Source: the human T2T-CHM13v2.0 reference genome, Homo sapiens
Length of the DNA: 64,000 nucleotides
Direction: 5' to 3' (one strand)
Assembly: GCF_009914755.1 (NCBI RefSeq)
Contig: NC_060930.1
Under the pieces are notes generated by a model. The model saw only the letters and a list, made by a program, of their open reading frames with translations, was not told where the DNA came from and did not search any database. A program made the translations under genes and the position numbers. Below, in pieces: positions 40,946 through 58,044 of this stretch. Each line of letters begins with the position of its first letter. The stretch's first letter is position 1.

Positions 40946-42789
40946 AGTAATTTTACATAATAAAATTGGTCATAAAAATTAATCTGGCATTAAAATGCAG
41001 AAGGACATGGAGGAGGAGATGTTGGATGCAGGGGGAAGAGTTGGGAACGTTTCTGTAAAGAGCCAAATATGAGACAATAAGGGCCTAGACCAGGATGGTG
41101 CTGATGTCAAGAAAAGGGACAACGGGAGGAAGTTCCTGAAATTGATGTCACTTTACATCGTTAATATTATCTGATTTTTTAAATTTATGACAATATTACA
41201 AAGGTTATGGATAGCGTTCTATTATTTTTATTTTCCTATCAATATGACAGTCAAAAAGCTTTAAGTGACAGCGACAACTGAAAGGCAAATTTAATGAGTA
41301 ACGTAATTATTGAAAATCAAATTTCAATCCTTATTCTCCTGATAAGTCTACATGAAAAAATATGAATTTTCATATTTCATAATAGGACAGGTATAAAAAG
41401 CAAAATATCACAGTTCTTCCCATGAGTTATCTAAAATAAGACGAAAAACAGTCACAAAATTATTTACTGAATGTATTAAATTTGCCTCAAATAGACTCTG
41501 AAATTTATAAATTAATAAAATATAAAACATATAAACTTGTATGTATGTATTTCCTGCCCTGAAATATAGTTTAAAATGTGATCTAATGCTTGGGGAATTG
41601 AATACAAAGTATAGATTAGTTTTAACTCAACAAACTGTGTAGCAACTCTCCTTAATACTTGCTTTGTATCAGAATGTGAAAAATTCCAGAAAAAATGATT
41701 AGCATACACTATTGCTCTATAAAGTCTTTATTCTTATGAGTTTCTTATGAAATAAATTATCACTTGGCTTTAGCCTTCTATAGAACAATACTTACAACAG
41801 AATTAGAACTTAAACTGAGAACAGTTTGAGGTCCAGAATATGAGGAAAAGATGGCCATTCTACTTATCACCTTGATGAGTCTCACAAGTTTTACCCATAC
41901 TTCGAAGATACATAAGCACCAAAAATGACATATCACATACATTGACCTTTTTAGTTGCACTATGTTTTTGCCCAACATAAGCCTGTCGAGATGATTGAGA
42001 AATGAGGCATTACCTTACATGGGGACAAAGAAGAGGGTCGCTTTGTTACAGGGAAGTCTAGATATTGTCAGTCTAAGTTTGAACAATCTTTAGGAAAGAA
42101 GAAAGACTCGAGTTTTGTATGTGGTTTAAGACTATATATTTTAAGAAATTATAAAAACCTTGGCTGAAATATGCAAAATGAAGAATGCCATTAATTTTTC
42201 AGGTATTGGTTTGTTTTCAGCTGGACCTAAAAAGAACTTAAACTATAGTCATAAACCATACAGTTTATATTTGGGGTACCAAGATGAGGAAGTACTGCAA
42301 AAAATTTGTCTACAAGCTACCAATTCTATAGCTGATCCCTCATGCATGAATTTTATACTGTATTGTTTAGGTAAAAAACAATCTTCATCCGTATGCTCCC
42401 ATATTGTCCTGAGAAGAAAGTCTGATTTAAGTGGCCATCTACAAATTGCCAGAACCTATGTTAAACACCTTTACATATGTAATCTCAAATAATACTAGAT
42501 ATTCACTGGGAAAGCAAAACAGTCATGTAGGAAGTAAATATAGTCAGTTGGTTGTATTATACGACTTCAAGATGTATTTTTTTGCAGTACAAATTTTTTT
42601 CAGTACTTCCTCATATTGAATAAAACTTCAATGTGACAAAAATTACCACATATTTAGGAAACACATTTTTCATTTTATACACTTGCTTTGTTTTGAAATA
42701 TTACTGATATCTATCTGTCCAGGACTATTTAAATCCCATTTTATTTAGAGACAGATTAAATATAACAGACGTTTTTACTTTCAGGATAT

Positions 42790-42920
42790 TAGAATTTTAG
42801 AGCTCCAGAGATCCACAGAAATTATATGATCCAATGCTCTGATTGGAAAATGAGGTCCCTAGAAGTTAAGTGGCTTGCCCAAGGTCATCTAGCTGACTGG
42901 TAGCAAAGTCAGACTAAAAT
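42790..42920 (-). mobile_element. MIR fragment
   Basis: GGAAAATGAGGTCCCTAGAAGTTAAGTGGCTTGCCCAAGGTCA core motif. Confidence 0.7.
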
Positions 42921-44384
42921 ACTTCAATCTTGTAGGAACAAATTATTATATCATCAACTTCCTTTTTCTTTTTTAAAAATCAATATCAACTATGAATATG
43001 TAACCAAAGTAATTACTTAGCTTTTCTCTTAATAAATATGCATATATAAAATAAAATCATTTTCAGTTTTAAATGATCTGATATTCTAAAGGATGTATGT
43101 CTGAGTAATCACTAAAATTTGTGGACTCTTAAAACTTTGTTGATTATAAAAATAATTAACCTCTATAAAAATCTCTCAGAAAGTTCTGTATCAATAATAC
43201 AACTTATGACGTAAGTATTTGATTTTGTTTCCTAAGTACAATAAAAATAACTTTAACATTTACTTAAAAATATATGTATTTACTCTTCATACATCCTAGC
43301 AAAATGAAACGAGAGCCTGATAATATGTAAAGAAAAAGGTATTGCTTTTTCTTTTTCTCTATGGCTTTCAAGACTTTCGAAACAGGGTAGTAGAAAATGT
43401 CCATGATCTGGAGGGATGAACTTCTGGCTTTGTTAGAACTCCTAGTTTCCTTCTCATTGTAATGTTTTCGGTCAAATTAAAGTAGTACTTTTTTATATAT
43501 GTGAGAAATCTACACAGACATGTAAAGATTAGTAGAGTGGTGGACTTCAATCTCAGAAAAAGAAAAAGAGCTATTTTAAAAAAGAAAGAATATAACGATT
43601 TACTTAAAAGAAGATAACTTGCTGCTGCAAGCAACCTAAAGCCAGTGGTCTCTGTAAATTTCATTTAGTCAGCCTGTAGAAGACCGCTGCATACCTGTAA
43701 TCACTATATAATGCAACCAACCCACCATGTTTACTTCCTACATGACTCTGTTTTGCTCTCCCAGTGAATGCCTAGTATTCTTTGAGATTATATATGTAAA
43801 GGTGTTTAACATAGGTTCTGGCAATTTGTAGGTGGCCAATTAAATCAGACTTTCTTCTCAGGACAAAATGGGAGACATAAAGATTGCTTTTTACCTAAAC
43901 AGCACAAAATAAAAATTATAGAAATACTCTCTAGACCATAAAATTGAAAGCCATGACTTACATAATCTAGAAAGTTTCAGAGTGAAGGAAGCTCAAATAA
44001 CTGGGCTAACATCCATTTTTCCCTCCTGAAGTGCTGGTAATCATTGGAAGAGGTGAAATCCATGTTTAACTCCACATTAAAAGTATACTAAATGATGTGG
44101 AAAGTCATTCCTATGAGAATTTCTCTCCCTCTCTTCTTGTTGCTGAACTAATATCACCCTATTTTCCCCGACAACTCCTGCCCATTGTATAGAAAATCTA
44201 GGTTTTCTCTCTCATCATTTTTCTTTTACTATTCTCTTTCCAATCCTTTTTTTAAAAAAATCTCTGCTCTTTCTAAATGTGAAGCAATGTTAAAGGAAAG
44301 TAGTGGACATATGATGGTTTTCACCTGCCCATTTCCCCTTGGTCTTCTTTGCAAACTATCTCTTTTCCACACTTAGTCCTTATC

Positions 44385-44838
44385 ATTTAGGTTGGCATGA
44401 CGCTATGCCCCATTCTTTCTAAAGTATCTTCTCCAGCCCCGACTGCAGGAATGGACATGCGGCACAAATTCACCCGTCAGCATATTTTATCTCTCTGGAA
44501 ACAATGAAGAGGTCACTGATACATATGTGGCTTACCTCTGCTGAAATTATTGAGTGAAAGGGGCCCACACTTTGTTTTCATGGGGTGGAATTGTGGAAAT
44601 GTCAGCATGGAGTTGCTAGTAGACGTGTCACAATAATGGAACAGCTTTTCTTCATGAGAGTGAAGCTACATGCAGGAAATCATAATTAAGGGAGGGGAGA
44701 AGAATATCAGTGACATAATTTGAGCACCTGGAACCCTGCGTTTATTTCAGTTATGTCAGAAAAGAGAAGTTGGTTTTGCTTTAACTTATTTGAATTGGGC
44801 CTCTGTTATTTGGAAAACAGTAAGCTTTGAGAACTACA
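44385..44838 (+). mobile_element. Old MLT1 (J/K/L-like) LTR
   Basis: TGACATAATTTGAGCACCTGGA...TTTCAGTTATGT...TTTGAATTGGG..TCTGTTATTTG motifs; strongly diverged. Confidence 0.5.
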
Positions 44839-45732
44839 CTTTCCTTCTCTGAACTCTACCTTAAAAGCAATTTAGTTCTCCTGTTGGTAGAAAATTCAGA
44901 GCCATGTCATAGCCACTCCTTCAGGTAGGAATTAGTTGGTCAAGGGTATCTAACTTAAAACACATCTTATTTTAAATCTTGTGAGGGCAACAGTGTTTTG
45001 TACCAAAGTACAAAGAACATGTCTAATCACTGAGTAGCAAATGATACACGATTAATGATTTTCCTAGTCTAAACATGTTATATCATTATTTGGTCCGTAT
45101 ATTGATATCATCTAAATATGAACCTACAAATCAGTCACCTAACAAAACCCTAATTTAGTCTGACAAAGACCTGAGATGAAGTGGGTATATAAATCTAGTC
45201 AAATGGACTAATGGCACATAGGTTCTCCATATAGTATTCTAGAAATTGCTGAAGATAAAGAGGATGAAATATATTATAAGTCAGGTATTATAGTTATACT
45301 ATTTATTCATTTCCATATTCAGTGCTAGGAGAAGATTTTGTGACTTGAAAAATCTGAGAAAAATTTATGCCCTAGACTATTCTGCTTAGGAGAATAAAGG
45401 ATACAAAAAATATTGAACATACCCACAAAGTAAATATATAGTTATTTTGTGTTTGCTTGGAAAAAATGAAAAAAAAACTTATTCACGCAATAGAAATTGA
45501 AATTTTAATAAATTTTTTATTTCTCTGAAAATGAAAACCTGATTTTCTTGTTATTTTTTACACAAGAAATTTATAAAAGATATATTTAAGAGCAATGTGA
45601 TACATAGTGTACCTAGAAAAAATAAATTTTTGTTTTGTTAGAGATATTGTTTATCTTTTTTAGGCACGAGCTTTTTAAAAACATCTGCAACAAAGACCAC
45701 AGGATTCATGATTCTCTATCACTTTAAGGGAG

Positions 45733-45733
45733 T

Positions 45734-45766
<33 letters not shown>

Positions 45767-45792
45767 TCTCTCTCTTTCTCTTTCTTTCTCTC
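45733..45792. repeat. (CT)n-rich microsatellite
   Basis: Visible CT/CTTT run. Confidence 0.92.
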
Positions 45793-46234
45793 AAGCCAAC
45801 AGGAAGATTTATTTGTTGAACATGTACTCTGGGATAAAAATTAAACATCCTTTATATATGTATAGAAACTTACATAAAACATTACAAAAAGTATATATTT
45901 TGTATAATCTTCACCTCTTGGGAACTGAGAAATTGTATTGCCCTCAACTGGATTTTTCTCTGTTGTACACATGATAGTCATTGATGACTGTGGTCAAGTA
46001 GTTTCAGTGGCGTATAATAGAATGCATAGCATTCTGTTATGCACTCAGCAAATATTTATAGAAAACCTACTATATCCCAGGCACTGTTCTATACTATGGA
46101 TACACAGCAGTGAACAATTAACTAAGTCCCTATCCTAAAGAAGCTTATGTGTTAGCTTCTTTCTAAGAAGCAAATAGCAATTATATAAAATCAGATAATA
46201 AGTGCTATGGAGAAACATAAAGCTAAACAAGAGA

Positions 46235-46665
46235 TGTGATGGTTAATTTTACATGTTAACTTGCTTATGCCATGTTATCTAATTTTTGGTGAAACACCAG
46301 TCTAGATGAGGCTGTGAAGGTATTTTTTAGATGTGATTCACATTTAAGTCAGTAGATTTTGAGTAAAGCAGATGATTCTTCATATATGGGTATGCCTTAT
46401 CCAATCAATTGATGGCCATAAGAGACAAAACTGAGATCCTCAAAAGAATTAATCTTGCCTCTAGACTGCATTTGGATTAATCACTGCAACAGTTCTGCTC
46501 TGGATCTTGCAGACTGCCAGCCTACCTTCCAGACTCAGACTTGCCCACCCCTACAATCACATGAGCTGATTCATTAAAATCTTTCCCAAGACAACAGAGG
46601 TGGGGGTTGAGGCGGGGGTGATCCTGTTGGTTCTGTTTCTCCAGAGAATGCTGACTAATAATACA
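46235..46665 (+). mobile_element. MLT2D-like ERVL solo LTR
   Basis: TGTGATGGTTAATTTTA...GAGTAAAGCAGAT...GGTTCTGTTTCTCCAGAGAA..CTGACTAATA(AT)ACA. Confidence 0.85.
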
Positions 46666-46706
46666 AGAAGGATGGTAAAGGCAATGGTGAGGAAGAGATT
46701 GCTATC

Positions 46707-46970
46707 TTTTTTTTTTAATTATTATTACACTTTAAGTTTTAGGGTACATGTGCATAATGTGCAGATTAGTTACATATGTATACATGTGCCATGCTGGTGT
46801 GCTGCACCCATTAACTCGTCATTTAGCATTAGGCATATCTCCTAATGCTATCCCTCACCCCTACCCCCACCCCACAACAGTCCCCAGAGTGTGATGTTCC
46901 CCTTCCTGTGTCCATGTGTTCTCATTGTTCAATTCCCACCTATGAGTGAGAACATGCGGTGTTTGGTTTC
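46707..46970 (-). mobile_element. Young L1PA 3' end, 5'-truncated
   Basis: Poly(T), TTTAAGTTTTAGGGTACATGTGC...CCTATGAGTGAGAACATGCGGTGTTTGGTT. Confidence 0.94.
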
Positions 46971-47729
46971 TTACATAAGGTAGTGAAAAAAAACTGATGA
47001 ACTTGTATTTGAGTAAAGGCCTGCAGGAAATGAGAGAGCTAGCCACAAAGTCATCTGAAGGAATTAGTCCAAAAAATGGGAACAGCTAGTGCACAGGCCT
47101 TGAGGCAGGAGCATATTCAGCATGATCAAGGAACAGCAAAGTAGCCAGTGTAGCTGAAGAGGAATAAATTAGGTAGAGAGAATGGTGTAAGATGAGGTCA
47201 AAGTGGTGAGGGAAGGGGCCAATCCTACAGGTCTTAAAATATAATGGCTTTTATTTTGAGGAAAATAGTAAGTTGCTAGTGGGGTTTTTCAGCAGAGAGG
47301 TAACATGGTCTGACTTCTGTGATTAAAGAATAAATCTGACCACATGGTGAGGGTAGAATCTAGGAGACAATTGCACTAAGTCAGGTAAGAGATAATGTTG
47401 TATTGCATTTGGATGGTATTAGTGGAGGTGGTGACAGGTATTAGTTTCTGGATAAATTCCGTAAAAGATGTAGTATGTAAGAGAAAGAGGTCAAAGTTTC
47501 TGAGCTGAATAATGGAGTAGGAATAGTGGACTGGCTACTGACTGAGATGAGTAACATTGGGGGACGAAAAGTAAGCATGAGTGGAGAGATCCACAATTTC
47601 TTTGGTCATGTTCAAGTTTTCGATGCTGATTTCTCATCAAAGGGGCCGTGTGGAGCAGGCAGCAGGAGGCTGTCTGGTTTGGGGGATAATAGTTTGTGAA
47701 TAATTTGCTTAGAAACTTTAATTCTAGAC

Positions 47730-49300
<1,571 letters not shown>

Positions 49301-49342
49301 TTTTGATAAAAATAAAAACACTCAATCTAAGAAAAAAGTTGC

Positions 49343-49754
49343 TGTTCTAGTCAGGGTTCTCCAGAGAAACAGACCCAATAGGGCAAGTATATACATAGAG
49401 AGAAAACTATTTATTTATAGGAATTGGTTCATGTGATTTTGCAAGTTCAAAATATGCAGGCTGGGCAATCACGCTGGAGGTAAGAGAACGAATCCTGCAT
49501 TCCGCAGTTCAAATCTGAAGGCTATCTGCAACAGAATTACTTTCTGTTTGGGCAAGTCAATCTTTTGCTCAATTCAGGCCTTTAGCTGATTGAATGAGGC
49601 CCACCCACATTAGAGAGGGCTATCTGCTTTATCCAACATTCACCAATTTAAATCTCATCCAAAAATGTCATCACAGAAACATCCAAAATAATGTTTGACC
49701 AAATATCTGAGCACCATGACCCACCCAGGTTGACACATAAAATTAACCATCACA
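49343..49754 (-). mobile_element. MLT2 (C/D-like) ERVL solo LTR
   Basis: TAGTCAGGGTTCTCCAGAGAAACAGA...GAGGCCCACCCACAT...GTTGACACATAAAATTAACCATCACA. Confidence 0.87.
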
Positions 49755-50777
49755 ATAGCATAGGTTAGCTGCAGGGTAAGACGGACAATGATCCATAGGG
49801 CTTGATAAATAGGGCTCCACTGAACAAGTGTCTTCTATATAGAAGTGTTCAAACTGGTGAAATACCACCATTAGAGGAATAATTATGTTGAAGAAATTAT
49901 TATAAAAATGAATAGAACATATAAAAGTAATACTGGAATTTTTAAGAAAGGACTTTGGTTCTGTTACCATAACATAGCAATTTTTTCAGTTGTAGATTTT
50001 CTTCATACATGTTTCAAATATTTTATATTTTGTCTTTGTAAATAAACAAATACTTATACATAGAATCAAAGATCTTTCTAAGGCACTCTAATCTTGTTTA
50101 CTTCCATCCCCTCAAATATTCATATTTATCTTTTCAAAATATTCAATTTGAGATGGTTTTAAATTTCATGGGAATATGAAAATACAATAGAGATTCTTCT
50201 ATAATTTAACTTTTAATTCACATAATTTTTAATTTACTTTAAATGATAAAAATTCTATATATTTATAATATAAAACATGATGTGTTGATGGATATATATA
50301 TTGTGAAATGGCTAAATCAAGAAAATTAACATGCGTTACCTCACTAATACATTATTTTTGTGTGTGTTGAGAATACCTAAAATTTAATCTCTTAGCAATT
50401 TTCAAGTATATAACACATTGTTATTAACTAGATTCGCCATGTTGTAAATTGATATTTTAAACCTATTCCTCCTATCTAATTTAAACTTTCTATTCTTTTG
50501 ACATCTCCACGATTCCCTCCAACCCCAAAGCAGCCCCTGGCAACCACCACTCTACCCTCTGCTTCTATGAGTTCCTCTGTTTTTAGATTCCACAAATAAA
50601 TGAGATCATGAGGTATTTGTCTTTCTGTGTCTGACTTATTTCACTTAATATCATGTCCTCCAGGTTCATCCATGTTGTCACAAATGATAAGACTTGCTTC
50701 TTTTTTAATGCTGAATAGTATTCCATTGTGTATATATACCAAGTTTTCCTTATTCATTCACTAATGGATGCCATATC

Positions 50778-53173
<2,396 letters not shown>

Positions 53174-53918
53174 CTAAGTTCATTCATTTGGATATATACT
53201 CAGTAGTGGGCTTGGTGAATCATATGGTAAGTCTATTTTTGATTTTTGGGGGAGCCTCCAAACTGTTTTTCATAATGGCTATACTATTCCCTCCTGTAAC
53301 AGTTTGAGAAGAATTGGTATTAATTCTTTTTTAAATGTTTAGTAGAACTCAGCAGAGAAGCCATGGGGTCCTGGGCTTTGAGCTTAGTTTGTTCTTTACC
53401 TAATTCCTTTGGTTTTTGTTTTTCTGGGAAAGTCTTTAGCTCTTCATTTCTGAAACACAGCTATTTCAGCTAAAGCATTCTTGGTTAACAGTTTTCTGGT
53501 TTTGTTTCTTCCTAAAGGACTTTGAATATACCATCCTACTCTCTCCTGGCCTGTGCGGTTTCTGCTGATAAATGAGATGATATTAAAATTCTGTCATGTG
53601 TGATATTCTTTTCTCTTGCTGTTTCAGGAGCCTATTTTTGTCTTTAATTTTTGACGGTTTGATATGTGCCTTGTTGTAGTCCTATTTGCATTGAATCTGA
53701 TGAGAGACCTTTGACCTTCCTGTATCTAAATATTTATATCTATCCTCAGATTTTGGTAATTTTTAGCTATTTTTTTTAACTTAGCTTGCTTCCCCCTTTC
53801 TGTTTCTCTTTTTTTATTTAACTCCTATAATGCAAAAGTTAGCTCCCCTGATGGAGTTCCAGAAATTCTATGTTTTTCTTTCTTGCATTTGTTTCCTTTT
53901 TCTTCTTTGTGTATTTTC

Positions 53919-54223
53919 TTTATTTTATTTTATTTTATTTTATTATTATTATACTTTAAGTTTTAGGGTACATGTGCACAATGTGCAGGTTTGTTACATA
54001 TGTATACATGTGCCATGTTGGTGTGCTGCACCCATTAACTCGTCATTTACATTAGGTATATCTCCTAATGCTATTGCAAGGACAAAAAACCAAACACTGC
54101 ATGTTCTCACTCATAGATGGGAATTGAAGAATGAGAACACATGGACACAGGAAGGGGAACATCACACACCAGGGACTGTTGTGGGGTGGGGGGTAGGGGG
54201 AGGGGGAGGGATAGCATTAGGAG
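53919..54223 (-). mobile_element. Short L1PA with 5' inversion (twin priming)
   Basis: Minus-strand tail at 53919-54074 joined to a plus-strand upstream segment at 54075-54223; TSD GTGTATTTTC / GTATATTTTC. Confidence 0.93.
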
Positions 54224-55265
54224 GTATATTTTCAAATAACACCTTTTTTGAGTTCACATATTCTCTTTAGCACTTGAACAATTCTGATGTTGATGTTTTC
54301 TGTTGCATTTTTCATTTTATTCATTGTATTCTTCAGCTGTAAATATTTTTGTTTTTTATTATTTCAAATTCTGTCAAATTTCTAATTTTGTTCATTTATT
54401 ATTTTACTGATTTAATCAAATTGTTTCTCTATATTTTATTGATGTTTGTTGGGCTTCCTTTAAACAATTATTTTTAATTATTTGTCAGGCAGTCTAGAGA
54501 TCTCCATTTCTTTGGTCTCAGCTACCAGGAAGTTATTATGTTCTGTGAATGCTGAAATGTGTTGTTGGTTTTTCATGTTTCTTGTTGCCTCATGTTGGTG
54601 TTGGCACATATGGTGGACCAGACTCCTTTTCCAAACTTTATAGGCTGGTATGGTGATGAAAAACCTTGCCCTGTGGGAGACTGAGTTGGTGTTGCCTGGG
54701 GGAGAGCATTGGTTCTGGCACCAGTTAGGGTACAGAACCATAGTTTCTGTGCAGCTCTATACACCTAGTTTGACATTAAAAATTTCAGGGATCCTCAATG
54801 ATCACTTCGGTGGGTGTCACAGTGGCAGTGAGGTCTGTTAAGGCCTTTAGTGGTGATGGTTGCTAAGATTTTCCTGATCTCTTTTTATCCCACTGGAAAA
54901 AGTTGTGTCTGAGGGAATCCCTATTGTCACTAGGTTTGGTTTGTGGGTCCATTTGTGGTAGTGGTGGTACAAATGTCTTATGAGTTGCACCCATGGTGCA
55001 GCCACAGAGCTGAGGTCTAAAACATGGGCATGTACTTAGGGACTATAGCTCTGTAGTCTGGAGTGGTGATGGCACTAGTGCCTGGGGTGCAGGCATTCCT
55101 GCTTTTGGGTTGTTAATGATGTGTAAGATTTAGTGCTTGTGAAGCATCCAGGGAGCTGGAGATGGGAACAGGAGCATGTGCAGAGCTACAATGACTCTGG
55201 ATTCAGGGTGTAGGGCCTAGCTCTCCACAACAGCTCAGCTGGTGACTGAAATTCAGGCCCCTATA

Positions 55266-55609
55266 TGTTATGTGGTCTGGATGTGTCCCTCAAAATTCAT
55301 GCCCTAAAAACTTATTTCTCAATGCAAGAGTGTTGGTAGGTGGGACTTTTTGGGAAGTGTATAGGTCATGAGGGTCTTGCTTTCATAAATGAATTAAGGC
55401 CACTATTAAAAGGGCTTATGAGAATCAGTTCATGCTTTTTGTCTTTCCACCTTCTGCCATGGGAGGATACAGCAAGAAGGCCCACACAAGATGCCAATGC
55501 CATGATTTTGGACTTTCCACCTCCTAGAACTATGAGAAAAAAAATCATATTCTGTAGAAATTACCCAGTCTATGTCATGTTGTTGTAGCTGCACAAATGG
55601 ACTAAGACA
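55266..55609 (+). mobile_element. MST (MSTD-like) MaLR LTR
   Basis: GTGTCCCTCAAAATTCATG...GGTCATGAGGG...AAATTACCCAGTCT...AAATGGACTAAGACA. Confidence 0.85.
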
Positions 55610-56440
55610 TAAAGAAAGACCTTGGTTTCAGGATCCACCGTGTAAGCTAGGGTAATAGCATAAATTTATTTTTATTATTTTTAGATGTTTAATAAGTTTT
55701 TAATAAATTGTTCTTAAGATCAAATTTTACTTTCAAGTATTATTTGGTGTACATCTAATAAGTTTTACTATGTTATTCAGGTATGAGTGTTCATAATTTT
55801 CTCTATAATTTTCTCATTAGCTATTTATAAGTGAAATTTATATAAAAAATTATATGAATAAATTTTACATATAAATTTTACATTTTATATGAAAAAATTG
55901 TAGTGAAAATCATTGTTAGACTGGATCAAAAAGAAAATAGAATGTCTGTTCAAAGATTACAATGCTTGTAGCTAGAATGGAGAAAATGACTCCTCTTTAT
56001 ATTAACGGCTATCTAGGTGAGGTTCCCATAAGGGGCTCTTAAACTCGTTAAGTCTTGTATCAGAAATAATGTTTAACCAGAGGAACAGCTGATATTATCA
56101 AACTCAAAGCTATATCCCAGTTTATGTTTGATACATTATCATCTTTCTTACTATGTACACAGGAAACTCTATCAAAATTGCAGGGTTTTCTTTAACTTAA
56201 TATATAATTAATTGAGCCTATTCCTGTTCTCCCTCCATCCCATCCCCCACTCCCACCAATACTGGCTAATTGGGAATCCAGATGGAAAAAGGCATTAATT
56301 AAATATCTAATCTAATTGTAGCTTTTTTAGATTAAAAATTGTAAACAGTCTCTTCAGGCAGTGTTTAGTCTCTGTTAAATAAAGATTTTGTTTTTGTTTT
56401 TCAGAAAGCTTCTTTCCTCTTTCTTCTCATAATAATATCA

Positions 56441-56863
56441 TGTGGTGTTTTTTAAATAATTATGCAAATTCTGAAATATTCTTCCCATCACTGAGATAAA
56501 GTTTATGTTACCTCTACTTGAACCTGGCTCAACTATTGTGGCTAAATAAATAGACAAATACAATTCAGGTCAAAGCAATGCTCTGTGACTTTTGGGGCTG
56601 GGTTTTAAAAGGTCAGGCAACTTGTCTGTTTACCTAAGCACATTTACTTTTAGCTGCCGTGTAACAAATGCAGTTACCCTGAGGCCATCATGGAAAGAGA
56701 CCACATGAAGAAGAAGACTTCAAGATGACTTCGGCCACTCCTTATTATAACTGCATGAAATACTCCAAGTGAGAACTCCCTCAGTCCAGATTCTTGAGGA
56801 AAGCAAATAATTGTTATGGTTTAATTGATGTGGTTTATTTTGCAGTGAGAGATAACCAGAATA
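56441..56863 (+). mobile_element. MLT1G/H-like LTR
   Basis: CTTGAACCTGG...CTGTGACTT...ACCCTGAGGCCATCATG...AGATAACCAGAATA. Confidence 0.6.
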
Positions 56864-57634
56864 GATAGCATAGGGTTAACTGGAGGGACATGACAATTAT
56901 GTGGCTTAAGTGTCTTGGAGCTGTTAGGGTGAAAGGTTGCCACTGTTGTGATGCTGTTCCTTTGGCATGTAATATCTGGAATTGCCTTCATTCTCCTCCT
57001 CCTTACACAGTATATATCCTCCCCCATCTCCCTTCATGTACCAAATACTTGGAGATGGAAAATTGGGATATGGAAGAATTGTATAATTTGGAACATTCTT
57101 TCTCAAGATATTAAGCTGGCCTGCAAGGCTACTTTTTTATTGGATAAAACTACTTTGAGTTACAGAAGCTATTACCTCTTTTTCATAGCAATCCTCCCGA
57201 ACAAATTCTAATCTCTAACCACTTCCATCACCACTTCCCCAGCTCGAACAAAATGATTCCTGGGATAAACTGATAGGAGGTCATTACTCAGAAAGGGAAA
57301 AACACATTAAAGTTTTAAATTATATCTCTCCTTCCACAGGACTTATATTGTTGGGTCAGGGCAACCACCCTGTAATGACATTGGGGTTACTGCCAATCAA
57401 TCACCAAGCTGGTGGAATAATAACCCAGTGCATGCCTCAAGTAGTGTCTACTTCTTCCTGCACAGCCACATCCTGGCTTTACTCCTGCCTCCACAGATCA
57501 GCAGCTTTATTTTAATTACAGCAGCAGGCAAAGTCAACTGCAGTCTTTTTCTGACTTCAAGAGTGTAAGAATACCAACCAACTCTGTTTTTCAGGAAGTA
57601 AAACTGACTTAGGCCCTCAGCTTTGCATGGGAAT

Positions 57635-58030
57635 TTTAAAAATTTAAATTTAGGTATAAACACACCATAAAATGCACAGGTTTCAAGCCTACAGCTCAAT
57701 AAATATTTACATATGTTAATACCCTGTAACCACTACCCAGATCTAGCTGTCACTCATTTCCAGCCACTAGGAGGCTCCCTCATATCCCTTCTCAGTCAAT
57801 AGCTGCCACAAAGGTAAGCATTATTCTAATTTCTACTACAACTGCAGGTTAGTTTTGCCTGATCTGCTTCACATAAATGGAATCCTACTCTTTGGCTTCT
57901 TTAATTCAACATTATTTCTGAAATCTCTTCAGGCTGTTGCTTTGTAGCTGTATGGTATTCCATTGTATGAATATACCACAATTTATTGATCCATTTGAGT
58001 GTTGATAGATATTTTGGTCGCTTCCAGTTG
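57635..58030 (-). mobile_element. L1ME 3' end
   Basis: ATAAAATGCACAG...CCTGTAACCACTACCCAGATC...ATAAATGGAATC...CATTGTATGAATATACCACAATTT. Confidence 0.75.
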
Positions 58031-58044
58031 GACTGGAAAGCTTT

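Larger units (their letters stand above)
46040..47680 (-). mobile_element. L2 3' region interrupted by MLT2D and L1PA
   Basis: CAGCAAATATTTATAGAAAACCTACTAT..CCAGGCACTGTTCTA terminal motif and continuing purine-rich L2 sequence. Confidence 0.7.

Noticed and set aside
43368-43664. 98-aa minus-strand ORF / possible terminal exon
   Set aside because: No recognisable homology, a weak acceptor context, and a length expected by chance.
56865-57450. Possible ancient Gypsy/ERV internal remnant (minus-strand QFQILHAKG resembles an RNase H C-terminal motif)
   Set aside because: A single short, frameshifted resemblance that cannot be supported without a profile search.
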